DNA of 63,920 nt, the filler included, from Welwitschia mirabilis (lineage: Eukaryota): assembly GCA_051453625.1 (NCBI GenBank). It is 9 parts of one record of this genome, joined end to end, with 100 filler letters (N's around TTAATTAATTAA, not from the genome) between each part and the next. Parts side by side here need not be neighbours in the genome. Positions count along the whole stretch, not along the records: positions 1 to 6,682 come from JBOZIK010000001.1; positions 6,783 to 36,799 come from JBOZIK010000001.1; 7 more parts are not named here. One strand, written 5' to 3'. The notes below the pieces were generated by a model. The model was not told the origin of the DNA. It did no database searches and saw only the letters and a list, made by a program, of their open reading frames with translations. This document shows, piece after piece, positions 1-11,859 of the stretch (the stretch's first letter is position 1; the number at the start of each line of letters is the position of its first letter). Made by a program: the position numbers and the translations under genes.

Positions 1-212
1 AAAAATTTTTGAATTTATTCAAAACTATCATTCCCAATGTCATTTACACAACAAAGAGGATGATAATGATCTTTAAAAATATAGAAAATAAAAATTTTAA
101 AGATAAACCTACTTAAACTATGCTAAAAATATAGTACTATTTCAAATAAATAACCTAAAATGAAATTTTAGGTACTTATCTGGATAGTGATAATCCTTTA
201 ACTCCTTATAGC

Positions 213-234
213 CTTCCTAAAAAATGGCACCAAA
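213..234 (-). promoter_or_regulatory. Degenerate primer-binding site (tRNA-Asp type)
   Basis: Reverse complement reads TTTGGTGCCATTTTTTAGGAAG, against the Athila-type PBS TGGCGCCGTTGCCGGGGA. It directly abuts the LTR end. Confidence 0.65.
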
Positions 235-235
235 A

Positions 236-1490
236 TGTTGTGGTGTGAATTTATACAATCTTTAAGTCCTTTATGCAAAACCTATAAATCACAATACTTG
301 TAGAAAACACATACTAATATAGATAGGAGTTAACCCAAATACTATAATCCCATGAAGGCATTAGACTAAAAGTTAGAGAATTAAATTCATAAAGTATTTT
401 TAATATTTTCTATTTTAGTAAATAAAAGTAAATAGGAATGTAAATGCAATGTAAGATGAATGATGGTAAAATGTAAATGGATGAAATGCAAGTGAGATGA
501 GTTCTATTTGGATTCTAATTCTCCTATTATAAGAACTATTTCTTTATAACCTAGATCAATTAGGAAGAGGTATATTAGTTATTTCTAATCAACATAAACT
601 ATATGAAATGCCAAATATAATATGAATAATGAAAATATAGAATTGAAATGAAATAGTAACGCAAATCTAAACTAACAAGTCAACCTTAACAAAGGTTGCT
701 CTTATGATCTAATAAACTTTAGAACTATCACTAAACTATAATCAAGTTAAACCATAAGGGACATTTACATAATAGTAGTAAAAAAAGTAATTGAATTATT
801 TATGAACTTTTACTTCCACTTATGACATAATAGCAATACCTCAATGGAGGATAATCAGCTTAACATCAATGTAAATATCTCTCTGTAGCTACTGAATAGA
901 CCTCTTGTCCTTCAATATTCTATCATAGGAACATTGAGTAAAAAAGATAGAAAAGGAAGTAAAGGAAAGGAAGGGTATTTATATCTTTACATTGAAGTTC
1001 TAAAATCTTAACCCTAAGAGGTAGAGAAGAAACCCTAAGAACCCATATGGGTTACATGACCCCATTACAAACATAATTCTTTCCATCCATAGAAAATGGC
1101 TATCATCCTAACTATTGTGAGGATGATAATGGAGATGTCACTCCATGTTAAAAGGTGTTCCATTAGCTTTAAAACTCATAGTCAACTCCATAAACTCTAT
1201 CTATATCAGTAGTATTATCATCTTACCTATCTTAAGTATGACAAAGGAAACAATAGGCCTCTTTATCTTCTAGCTAAACAGGAATCAGTATTCTACATGG
1301 TTAAATTATCCTTCAAAGTATGAAGTACTCAAATAATTCTGATATGCCTCCAAATATGCTAAGAATCACATGTTTCAATGATTATCTTGTCAGTTCTCCA
1401 TAATTAATAGAATTATTTCTAAACCTATATAAATATCCTACAAAAGTACTTAAAATACACCATTAAATTCCTACAAATTAGCATCATAAT
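236..1490 (-). mobile_element. Athila-like Ty3/gypsy 5' LTR (family A); internal leader at 1-235 runs off the window
   Basis: Begins TGTTGTGGTGTGAATTTAT at 236 and is colinear with the copies at 5345 and 8622. It ends ...AAATTAGCATCATAA, like ...AATTGGCATCGCAGCA at 9994. A decayed PBS is adjacent. Confidence 0.8.
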
Positions 1491-1549
1491 AAGTATTCTG
1501 GGATGAATTATTAGTATCCTATAAACTTCCCTTTTAAGATGGAGGTACA

Positions 1550-1720
1550 TTTTTTAATAAGGAAAATGGAGCTCCTATAGGAAAACCTTAGGAATCGGGC
1601 TCATAATAAAACCTTCTAAAAAGGAATTGCTATGTGAAAAAACTACTTCATAGAGAAGTAGTCAAATTTCATTGTAAATCTTGTGGTAATAGGATTCATG
1701 CATTACACATGTTTTAACAC
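1550..1720 (+). pseudogene. Possible MuDR/Mutator transposase C-terminal zinc-knuckle remnant
   Basis: Translates as ...APIGKP*...KKLLHREVVKFHCKSCGNRIH, resembling the MURA PGRP...KLSRxGxxxHCxxCGxxGH motif. Short and decayed. Confidence 0.3.
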
Positions 1721-1959
1721 TAGGCAAAATCACACTACACATCTTGTAATACTAAGTAAATTTGTACTGCACAACTTATAATACATGAATTGATGAAGAC
1801 TTGCCTTAATACCTTTAAAAATTAAAAAAAGTTCAATATATATATGAAAATGAGTTGTATTAACTCATAATCAATTCTATCTTAGATTGAATGTTTTGTA
1901 ACTTTTTTTTACTAAGTGATTTTATTTTTAAATATCAGAGACTTATGCTATAATTAAGC

Positions 1960-4700
1960 AGTGTATTGGTATAATGTATAAGTTCCTTAATTTTATGAAC
2001 CAACTTTCATCTACCATTTTCCACAAAACCATAATATTCACCTTTCATGACTTGGATCCATTAATTATGTCGAATGACATCTTTGAAAGGGTTTGATTCA
2101 TATTTAAAAGTTAGGTAAAACTGATTATCACCATTAAAAGATGGAGCATGGCTATTCATTGTTTTAGTTTTTCTCATTTTATCATCTTGAACATATTATA
2201 GAGTATATTATAATCAAGTACATTATTTTTATCTTTGTAATTAATCAACATTTTCATTAGGACAATCCAATGAGTTTTTAATTAAACATTGCTCATTTTT
2301 ACTAGATAAATAAAAGTGCTCAACTCGTCTATGTTCTATTGTAAACATTGAACATCCAATATTTATAAAGGATGATAGAAAGGACATAGCTTAGAAAAAT
2401 AAAGGTTAGAATCTTTTTGTTAAGTTTCAAAGAAAAAATAGAAAAAAAGATCATGAGAAATTATGATTTTATATTCTAAGGTATGTACATGCGATATCCT
2501 TTTTAACTAGTTGTATATTCTACAAATATGCTAATACAAACATGTTTAACAAGCTTAATACAATGTTAGATAGGAATATTAACATAATATTTACATCTAA
2601 ACACATGAAAATAGTTATATTAGGATTATATTCATTCCTTTTTTTAGTACAAGATATACTCATTTTAGAAGCATGACCAATATGATTATTGAGATATAAC
2701 ACAATACTAATAATTTTAGCCCACAAATAGGTTTGGAAATCATTAAAGTTCATCATTATAAATGCCATCCATCATGCCCTAATTAAATTGTTTAGTGACA
2801 TTATCCTATTAAGGCATCTCTAGGCATGTTTTCAAATGATGAATGCCTTTTGAAGTAAGAAAGTCTTTGAATTTAATAATTATATAGTTAGCACGATTTT
2901 TGAATTTAAATCCTTAATATTATTGCGGTTTTCTTTTCCTCTTAAACTTTGAAAATCTTAAAAATATTCAAAGAAAGATACTTTAATTTCATATAATACA
3001 CCCAAGCTATATGTGAATAATCATTAATGAATAATATAAAGTAGCAATATTCTTAAAGTGTAGGGACTATCCTAAGACCAAATAGATAATCATGAATGAG
3101 TAAAAGCTTTTGATAAATGTGTTACTTCCTAGAAAAAAAGCATTATCATACTTCTTTACCTATTATATATGCTTTACGTTTAAAAAAATCACATGAATAA
3201 AGGATAGAAACCAATGTCTATTCTCACACCCAAGCTAGTATTTCAAAAAAGTAATGGGGAAATTTCTTATTGTGAGATATTACAAAAAATTTCATCTGTA
3301 TTTTAAAATCCTTAAATATGCATATATTTTTCATCTATGTAGCCTTTCATGATAAAGTTTTGAGAAGCATTAAAAATGTTAATGAAATCTTTTATCATGA
3401 AAAGTAAATGTTCTTATTTAGTTAATGTGAAAAGGAAGATAATATGTAACCTCAAAGATAAACATATAGAACATGAAATAACACTCTCTATGAGAAAGAA
3501 GGTAATTGAAAGGTAATTGTATCATGGCCTTCCATAGGAGTTAGAGTTCTATATTTCAAATAAACTTCACTAGGCTATGTCATAAATTCGTCAAAATAGT
3601 TACACTTATATGTAATTTACCTAGTTACACTATTATCGAGAATTCAAGATTGATCATGAGGTACATATCCACTCAAATACATAAAATTAATAGTATGACC
3701 TTGTCTTTTACATTGTAAAAATTGGTATGTATTCTTCTTTCAAGTAGAATTATTTTGATGTAGTTTCTTCTTTGGGTAAAACTAATGACATTAAGTTGAT
3801 AGAGTTTATTATTATTTCATATGAGCTTTACCCTTCTCATGATACTTGACATGAGGATAATGTTTCTTAAAGACTATTTAATTGAACATGGTCCATCATG
3901 GGAATGTGATACTGGCAGTGTAGCTTTAGAGGATGAGGTATTAGAAAAGTTATGCTTCCATTGCAATAATATCCATATTAAGCATATCAAAGATCATTTG
4001 TTATAGCAATCAACTATGATATAATAACATAATGTAGCTACACATAGATGGATCCTTCAGATAACATCTAAACAAGTTGATGTCAGGTATATAAGCTTAA
4101 TCTTATAGTTAATTTAAAAAAAATTTGTTTTAGTATTAGTTATTTTTGAATCTCATTATTACATCTTTCTTTTCTCATAATGCAAGATATTCATGCTTGT
4201 AATAAGATTAATAATCTCTGAATGATTCTTTCAATAAAATGTATTTCATAATGTGGTGAACTTAATGTATCTAGTATTACTAAGATCTATTAATATTTTA
4301 TGATGTAAAGGCATGAATTTTCTTATGATTTCTATTAACTTAATATTGATATACTTCCAACAATTTTATTGCTATAAACATTAAAGAGGAACATATGCCT
4401 TCTAAAAAATATCAATGTTAAAATCATATATGCATATGGTGGACATGAAATCTTCAAGATAATATTCTTAACTCTGTTATTATAAAGAGTGAATCATGTG
4501 TTGATAATTATTCTAATTGTTACTATTAGTATGAAAAAGTCTAAAAACCTTATCCTTCAAGATTATCATAGTTGATAGAATCAGAAGAAGATCTAACAAG
4601 TTCTAAGGTATAGTCGAGCTTTACAAGGATCTTGCTTACATTCATAATTGAATAATGGATTTATTATTCACATAAAAAAACTTATCAAATTAAGACAGTG
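1960..4700 (-). mobile_element. Decayed Ty1/copia gag-integrase-start of RT remnant
   Basis: Minus-strand translations include YFILFINDYSHIAWVYYMKLK (~2980-3050), FKDFLTSKGIHHLKTC (~2825-2875), MAFIMMNFNDFQTYLWAKIISIVLYLNNHI (2768 down) and ESNPFKDVIRHN*WIQVMKGEYYGFVENGR*KLV (~1995-2100). INT precedes RT, which is the copia order. The gag-side boundary is approximate. Confidence 0.8.
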
Positions 4701-6726
4701 ATACTAGAAAATCAAAATCATTTAGTCAATTGGAAAATGGATCTTACTCACATCCACAAGTTTAGATGATCTATCTAAATCACAATGACATAAAAATATG
4801 CCAAAAAGGAGATATAATAGAGAGTTATAGTCAATTTCAAAGAGAACTTTCTAATGTCCATAATTTAAATGATTTATACAATCTACAAAAGTGTAACAGA
4901 CTAATAAAGATAACCCTCTAATGAATGCATACATATGTAATTTTATTAATATATCCTTATGTGGATGTGGTAATGTTGAATGTAAGGAATCTAAATAATT
5001 AGATGATCAAGTAAAACCTTTATCAATTTTGGATCTTGTTCTTAATCTATGTAGTAACTACATACTCTCTAAGATTATGATCCTTATCTCCAAGTGGAGT
5101 AAAAAGATAAAGTGTGAATCATATTAGTAGAGAATCTAGAGTGTTAGTTAGTTTTAGTTACCTTTATTATACATACCCTCTAAGAAAAATGCACAATGCA
5201 ATGTTAGTGGCCTCCTTATATCTTAGACTTAGTAAATTTTACTTTTACTACACTTATTTCTTCTTCTCTGTTTTATGATAAAATCCCAATAAAACCTACC
5301 ATTGCATCCCTAATCTTCATCTAATACAATCTCAATTATTAAGGGGTTGTGGTGTGAATTTATGCAATCTTGAAGTCCTTAGGTAAACCTATAAATGATA
5401 TAACTTACAAAAAGGCACATGCTAGTATAGACAGGAGTTCACCCGAATGTCATAATCCCAATGAAGGCACTAGGCTCAGAGTTAGAGAATTGATTTCCAA
5501 AGGTAGTTTNNNNNNNNNNNNNNNNNNNNNNNNNNNNNNNNNNNNNNNNNNNNNNNNNNNNNNNNNNNNNNNNNNNNNNNNNNNAATGAATGGAAATGGA
5601 AATGAGATTCTACTTAGATCCTAATCCTTCTATTATAAGGACTAGCTTCTAGCCTTTCTGTCACAAATACTATCTTTTTTATAACTTACATCAATCAAGA
5701 AGAGTATCTACTAATTCTTAATTAATACAAACTATTAGATCTACCAAGTAGAATATGCAATATGAAATATTAATAAATAGAAATGCAATGTAGATCTATT
5801 ACTAACTAGGGTCAACCTTAACAAAGGTTGCCCTCATGATCTAAATAAATTCAAGCTTGTTACTAACTAAGATTAACTTAAACCATAAGGTTCGTTCATA
5901 TAATGGGAGTGAAAGAGAGTATTTGTATTAATCAAAAGAAATTTATATCCACTTACAATAGAATAACAGCTCCTCAATGGAATAGACACAGCCTAACACT
6001 AAGGAAACCCCTTTCTACAACTACTGGATGGACGTCCTGCCTTTAAGCTTCTGTCACAAGTATATCAAGCACAAAAGATGGTTGGAATTGAAGAAGGGAA
6101 GGGGTATTTATAGTTTTAGAATGAACCATAATCCTAGACGTCCGTTAAGGAAACTATAGCCACCCACATGAGTCGCTTAACCCCTTTTATAATAGTATTT
6201 ATTATGGATATGTAAAATCAGTTATCGTCCTATTCGTCGTCCACACGATAGTGGGGATGACACTGCCTTATTACCTTAAGATATGTGCCAATGTGATACC
6301 GTTAACTCTGTGGGTTACCCGTGCATGTTACTGAGGTTGTTGTCCTATTGGTCATCCACACAACATAGGGACGACACCTTGGACTGTGTGCTCATGTGCT
6401 ATCGTCAGCTGCATGTGTTATCTTCAAATCTGTTGTCCTTCCTATCATTCAGAAGACTAAGGAGACGATGTTCTACCATTATGTGCTCCTATCTAAGTGT
6501 TTTCCATGTGATACTCCTTTGTAGCTGTGTTAATGAACTATCGTCCCCTCTGTCGTTGGAATGATAGTGGGGATGACACTCTTCCCAAGCTCCTTAAGTA
6601 GCAAAAATTGGTCTTCTTCATGTTTAGTCCTCCTTCAATATGCTAAATATCACAACATGCCTGAAATACCTCCAATTATCCANNNNNNNNNNNNNNNNNN
6701 NNNNNNNNNNNNNNNNNNNNNNNNNN

Positions 6727-6738
6727 TTAATTAATTAA
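6727..6738. other. Artificial contig linker N44-TTAATTAATTAA-N44 (also at 36844, 40259, 48537, 51075, 57091, 59504, 61547)
   Basis: An identical 12-mer with stops in all six frames, centred in 100-bp gaps, occurs eight times. Confidence 0.95.
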
Positions 6739-8600
6739 NNNNNNNNNNNNNNNNNNNNNNNNNNNNNNNNNNNNNNNNNNNNTAAAGACATAGATGGGGA
6801 AAATGTAGAAGTATAAGTGGAATGAGCAAGTCTATTCTCTATGTAATTTAAATGAATTTCTATGGCTCTTTCATTACTTTTAATTTTTTCACTAGTATCC
6901 ATGTCATTATGTGGTTCGATTGTACTTTCATCTTAATTAGTTGTAACTATATCTTCTTTCTCTTATTGAATATTACTTTTACTCTCTAAATGATTGGATT
7001 CATCAAAAATATTATAAAGAGNNNNNNNNNNNNNNNNNNNNNNNNNNNNNNNNNNNNNNNNNNNNNNNNNNNNNNNNNNNNNNNNNNNNNNNNNNNNNNN
7101 NNNNNNNNNNNNNNNNNNNNNNNNNNNNNNNNNNNNNNNNNNNNNNNNNNNNNNNNNNNNNNNNNNNNNNNNNNNNNNNNNNNNNNNNNNNNNNNNNNNN
7201 NNNNNNNNNNNNNNNNNNNNNNNNNNNNNNNNNNNNNNNNNNNNNNNNNNNNNNNNNNNNNNNNNNNNNNNNNNNNNNNNNNNNNNNNNNNNNNNNNNNN
7301 NNNNNNNNNNNNNNNNNNNNNNNNNNNNNNNNNNNNNNNNNNNNNNNNNNNNNNNNNNNNNNNNNNNNNNNNNNNNNNNNNNNNNNNNNNNNNNNNNNNN
7401 NNNNNNNNNNNNNNNNNNNNNNNNNNNNNNNNNNNNNNNNNNNNNNNNNNNNNNNNNNNNNNNNNNNNNNNNNNNNNNNNNNNNNNNNNNNNNNNNNNNN
7501 NNNNNNNNNNNNNNNNNNNNNNNNNNNNNNNNNNNNNNNNNNNNNNNNNNNNNNNNNNNNNNNNNNNNNNNNNNNNNNNNNNNNNNNNNNNNNNNNNNNN
7601 NNNNNNNNNNNNNNNNNNNNNNNNNNNNNNNNNNNNNNNNNNNNNNNNNNNNNNNNNNNNNNNNNNNNNNNNNNNNNNNNNNNNNNNNNNNNNNNNNNNN
7701 NNNNNNNNNNNNNNNNNNNNNNNNNNNNNNNNNNNNNNNNNNNNNNNNNNNNNNNNNNNNNNNNNNNNNNNNNNNNNNNNNNNNNNNNNNNNNNNNNNNN
7801 NNNNNNNNNNNNNNNNNNNNNNNNNNNNNNNNNNNNNNNNNNNNNNNNNNNNNNNNNNAAGAGAGTTTAGATTTAAAATAATAAGGAAGATAGGTACATA
7901 ATGAAGATTAAGGTTCTTGGATGTTTAAGGTTGCTATTTCTTAATATCCCAAAAGATATGACATCATTATTACAAATTAACTACACAGAGAAAAGAAAAT
8001 CTAATTCTAAAATAGAAAGAAAAAAGAAAAAAAATTCTAGAATTTGTGTACCTGTGTTGTGTATACCTAGATTCATATTTAAAGTCGAATAATTCTTAAG
8101 GTTTCTTTTTAATGCAGTTTCTTGTTGACTGATATTTCGTCTTTCGTCCAGAATTTGTTGTATCTCTATATGCACAAATAGTAAACAAAAAATCAGAATT
8201 AAATGCAATGGACTATCGTCCACCTTATCAGGGGGACAATGGGTAGGACGACAATCACAGGAAAACTAAACTAAAAACAATAGAATTCTAAAGACTACAG
8301 GAATAAAATTACTAAAATTAAGATTATCATCCACCTCATCGTCCGGATGACAGATAGGATGACAGTAAACTCTAAATAGAAGAAAAATTGCAAAAATAGA
8401 AACTAAATTCAAAATTTTAGAACTGTCATGCCCTATGTCATATAGATGACAGAGAGAATGACAAGGTCCCTAAAAGTTATAGAAAACAAAATTTTGTAGA
8501 AAATAAATCTACCTTAAAATACTTCAAATAAATAACCTAAAACAAAAAGATTCAAGGTACTTATCTAATTAATAATAATCCTCTTAGCTCCTTATAGCCT

Positions 8601-8619
8601 TCCCCAGCAACAACACCAA
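8601..8619 (-). promoter_or_regulatory. Primer-binding site (tRNA-Asp type)
   Basis: Reverse complement reads TTGGTGTTGTTGCTGGGGA, which is TGGCGCCGTTGCCGGGGA with C>T changes. It is adjacent to the LTR terminus. Confidence 0.8.
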
Positions 8620-10003
8620 AATGTTATAGTGTAAATTTATGCAATCTGAGAATCTCTTAGGTAAACCTATAAATCATGTAAATTGCAGAAAACACACTTT
8701 AGTATAGATGGGAGTTCATCCAAATTTCATAATCTAATAAAGGCACTAGGCTTAGAGTTAGAGAATTAATTTTTCCAAGGTTTTTTTAGTTTCTTTTGTC
8801 CTTATAAAAGATAAAATGAAATAACATAAGTAAATGCAATGCTTAGATAAAAAGGAAATGTAAGTAGAAATGGGAAAAGAAATATATTTTACTTAGATCC
8901 TAGTCTTCCTATCACAAGACTACTTTTCTATAACTTATATCAAATAAGAATTGTGTTTACTAGTTNNNNNNNNNNNNNNNNNNNNNNNNNNNNNNNNNNN
9001 NNNNNNNNNNNNNNNNNNNNNNNNNNNNNNNNNNNNNNNNNNNNNNNNNNNNNNNNNNNNNNNNNNNNNNNNNNNNNNNNNNNNNNNNNNNNNNNNNNNN
9101 NNNNNNNNNNNNNNNNNNNNNNNNNNNNNNNNNNNNNNNNNNNNNNNNNNNNNNNNNNNNNNNNNNNNNNNNNNNNNNNNNNNNNNNNNNNNNNNNNNNN
9201 NNNNNNNNNNNNNNNNNNNNNNNNNNNNNNNNNNNNNNNNNNNNNNNNNNNNNNNNNNNNNNNNNNNNNNNNNNNNNNNNNNNNNNNNNNNNNNNNNNNN
9301 NNNNNNNNNNNNNNNNNNNNNNNNNNNNNNNNNNNNNNNNNNNNNNNNNNNNNNNNNNNNNNNNNNNNNNNNNNNNNNNNNNNNNNNNNNNNNNNNNNNN
9401 NNNNNNNNNNNNNNNNNNNNNNNNNNNNNNNNNNNNNNNNNNNNNNNNNNNNNNNNNNNNNNNNNNNNNNNNNNNNNNNNNNNNNNNNNNNNNNNNNNNN
9501 NNNNNNNNNNNNNNNNNNNNNNNNNNNNNNNNNNNNNNNNNNNNNNNNNNNNNNNNNNNNNNNNNNNNNNNNNNNNNNNNNNNNNNNNNNNNNNNNNNNN
9601 NNNNNNNNNNNNNNNNNNNNNNNNNNNNNNNNNNNNNNNNNNNNNNNNNNNNNNNNNNNNNNNNNNNNNNNNNNNNNNNNNNNNNNNNNNNNNNNNNNNN
9701 NNNNNNNNNNNNNNNNNNNNNNNNNNNNNNNNNNNNNNNNNNNNNNNNNNNNNNNNNNNNNNNNNNNNNNNNNNNNNNNNNNNNNNNNNNNNNNNNNNNN
9801 NNNNNNNNNNNNNNNNNNNNNNNNNNNNNNNNNNNNNNNNNNNNNNNNNNNNNNNNNNNNNNNNNNNNNNNNNNNNNNNNNNNATCATCTTATCCTCTCT
9901 CCATAATCAGCATAATTGCATCTAAACTTGTATAAATGTCCTGCAAAAGTACTTCAAATACACCATTAAATTCCTATAAATTGGCATCGCAGCACAAGGT
10001 ATG

Positions 10004-10513
10004 TGTAAGAATCTAGACATTGGAATCCAAATTCATTTAAACATATTTTTATTAATAAAATTAAAATAAATACTTTAATTGCAAAATGGGCATAAAAAAT
10101 ATTAGAAATATACAATAATATATCTATAAATAAATCCATGATTTATTCATCATTGATAAAACAAAACCTTTCCATATTAACATAAGGCTTTGAAGAGTAA
10201 ACCAGCTAAGTTATATTGCCTTCAAGGTCTAGTTTGTGAGACCACTAGAAGATCAGCTAACTTGTCAAGGATACCAATATACTAGTGAAAATTACATGCA
10301 TACCCTTCACTTCTCTGTTACCCATGTTTTAATGATGATAAATGGTTATCATGAAATTTATAATAACTTTGACTCTTAATAATTATGTATAACTAATTTG
10401 GCAAGGGTCATATCCCTTGAATGATAAATTTACATCTTTAACAAATAAAACAACTAATACTAATAATATGAACATAGGTGTTATTTTTTTCAAAGGAAAA
10501 AGGGAGTATGACA
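10004..10513 (-). repeat. 3' LTR of element B
   Basis: TGTAAG...ATGACA termini, preceded on the minus strand by the polypurine tract CTTAAGTGGGGAAGTA. Confidence 0.75.
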
Positions 10514-10559
10514 TACTTCCCCACTTAAGATTGATGTTCATCCTATAAATATTATTCTT

Positions 10560-11650
10560 TAGGAGAATTTTCCTAAATACTTTCTTATCCCTCTTCATAT
10601 TCTTCATTCCTACCTTGTTCTACTATAATATCTAAAATAAGTTAAGATTTATCTTTATTAACAAATAATTTTTTGAATAGAACTACCATATAATTTCTTA
10701 ATTTTTCTAATTATGTTTGTCACAATGAAATCATTTAAAGAATACTTCCTTGATAATTTTTCTGTGCATTATTTTATGATGCCAGTGATTCGAACAGTCT
10801 TGGAAGTCGATGTTCGACCTCCATATAAGACTTGCTTCTTTGATATGTTTCTTATGGAGATTCTAATTTCAATAGATAAATAAGATTTTGAGACCTTTGT
10901 GGAATGGTTTTCATGAAATAAATTATGAGTTCCTCTAGGTTAGAGTGTGTTTGATATTTTACTAATCTTTAAAATTTATCCCAATATTCATCAAAGATCC
11001 TTCTTCCTAATTATAAGAATTTGAATTACATTCTCTTATCTATAATGAAGTAATTTGGGAAAAATTCTTTTCTAAACTCTTCTATGAAGTATTACTAGTA
11101 TATCAAGTCATTCTTTATTGTACTAAAATAACTCCACTATGTTGTCGCATCTCTAATTAAGAACATCATGGCATAATGACTTCTTAACTCACTTTGTACA
11201 TTATTAACAAGATCTAGGGGCACTAGCATACATGTAAATTTATACCTTATTAATGTATTTTACTTAATCATGATCTTTTATTCTATGGAAAATGGTTTCT
11301 TCTAATGAGTGATGGATTTAATCTTCACAATTAGTGAACCCTTTGTATACAGTAACTAGAGTTGTTTGTTTTGAAGTCTATAAGGATTGCCTTGTTTATT
11401 GATCTATTTTTGCATTTTAATCCTAAAAAGAAACTTAAATCAAGGATTATATTTTTTGTATGCTTTGATCTAATGGTCATCCTTATAGAACCTCTAAAAT
11501 TAAGTTTAATTTATAGTTAACTTCTCTTTATAAGGTTCTACATTGGTGTGATTAGTTTTAAACTAGATATGAATTTCATCAAGTTTTTGCTCTAAGGAAT
11601 TAATGCAAGAATTTATAAGATCTTTTATAACATGCTAATATATAATTTTC
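10560..11650 (-). pseudogene. Highly decayed gag N-terminus and integrase C-terminus (possible chromodomain) of element B
   Basis: Lies just upstream of the PPT. Weak frameshifted similarity to the integrase GPY/F region (HNLFH at ~10910-10930) and to a gag KLxFxRF-like motif (~11480-11510). Confidence 0.4.
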
Positions 11651-11859
11651 CCTCCTACCATCTACTATTAGCCCCTTAGTTATCTTTATATAATTATAAT
11701 TTTCATTAGTTTGATAGTTATAATGATCATGGTAGTTGTTATCATAGTTACTAACTAATAAGAAATAAATTTGTTTATCCTTTTAGATAGTTACATAACA
11801 AATCCACTTTATAGCTATAAATACTTATCATTTTTATCATAATTCGCTTTTGTGGGTTT

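Larger units (their letters stand above)
5345..9994 (-). mobile_element. Athila-like element (family A) with two LTRs and a short, gapped interior
   Basis: LTR at 5345-~6682 (runs into a gap) and LTR at 8622-9994. PBS at 8601-8619. The leader at 7859-8600 is homologous to 61681-62300. Flanks are TAAGG (5340-5344) and CAAGG (9995-9999). A contig linker lies inside, so pairing of the two LTRs is uncertain. Confidence 0.6.

Noticed and set aside
6283..6564. 93-aa Cys-rich ORF
   Set aside because: It lies within an LTR's motif cluster and is not retained in the LTR copy at 236-1490.
6727..6738. Recurrent TTAATTAATTAA palindrome as a biological motif
   Set aside because: It is always centred in 44+44 N, so it is an assembly linker.
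6990..9925. Long ORFs of 200-320 aa in the track (also at 27566, 29181, 39089 and 60284)
   Set aside because: They consist almost entirely of X residues from N gaps.
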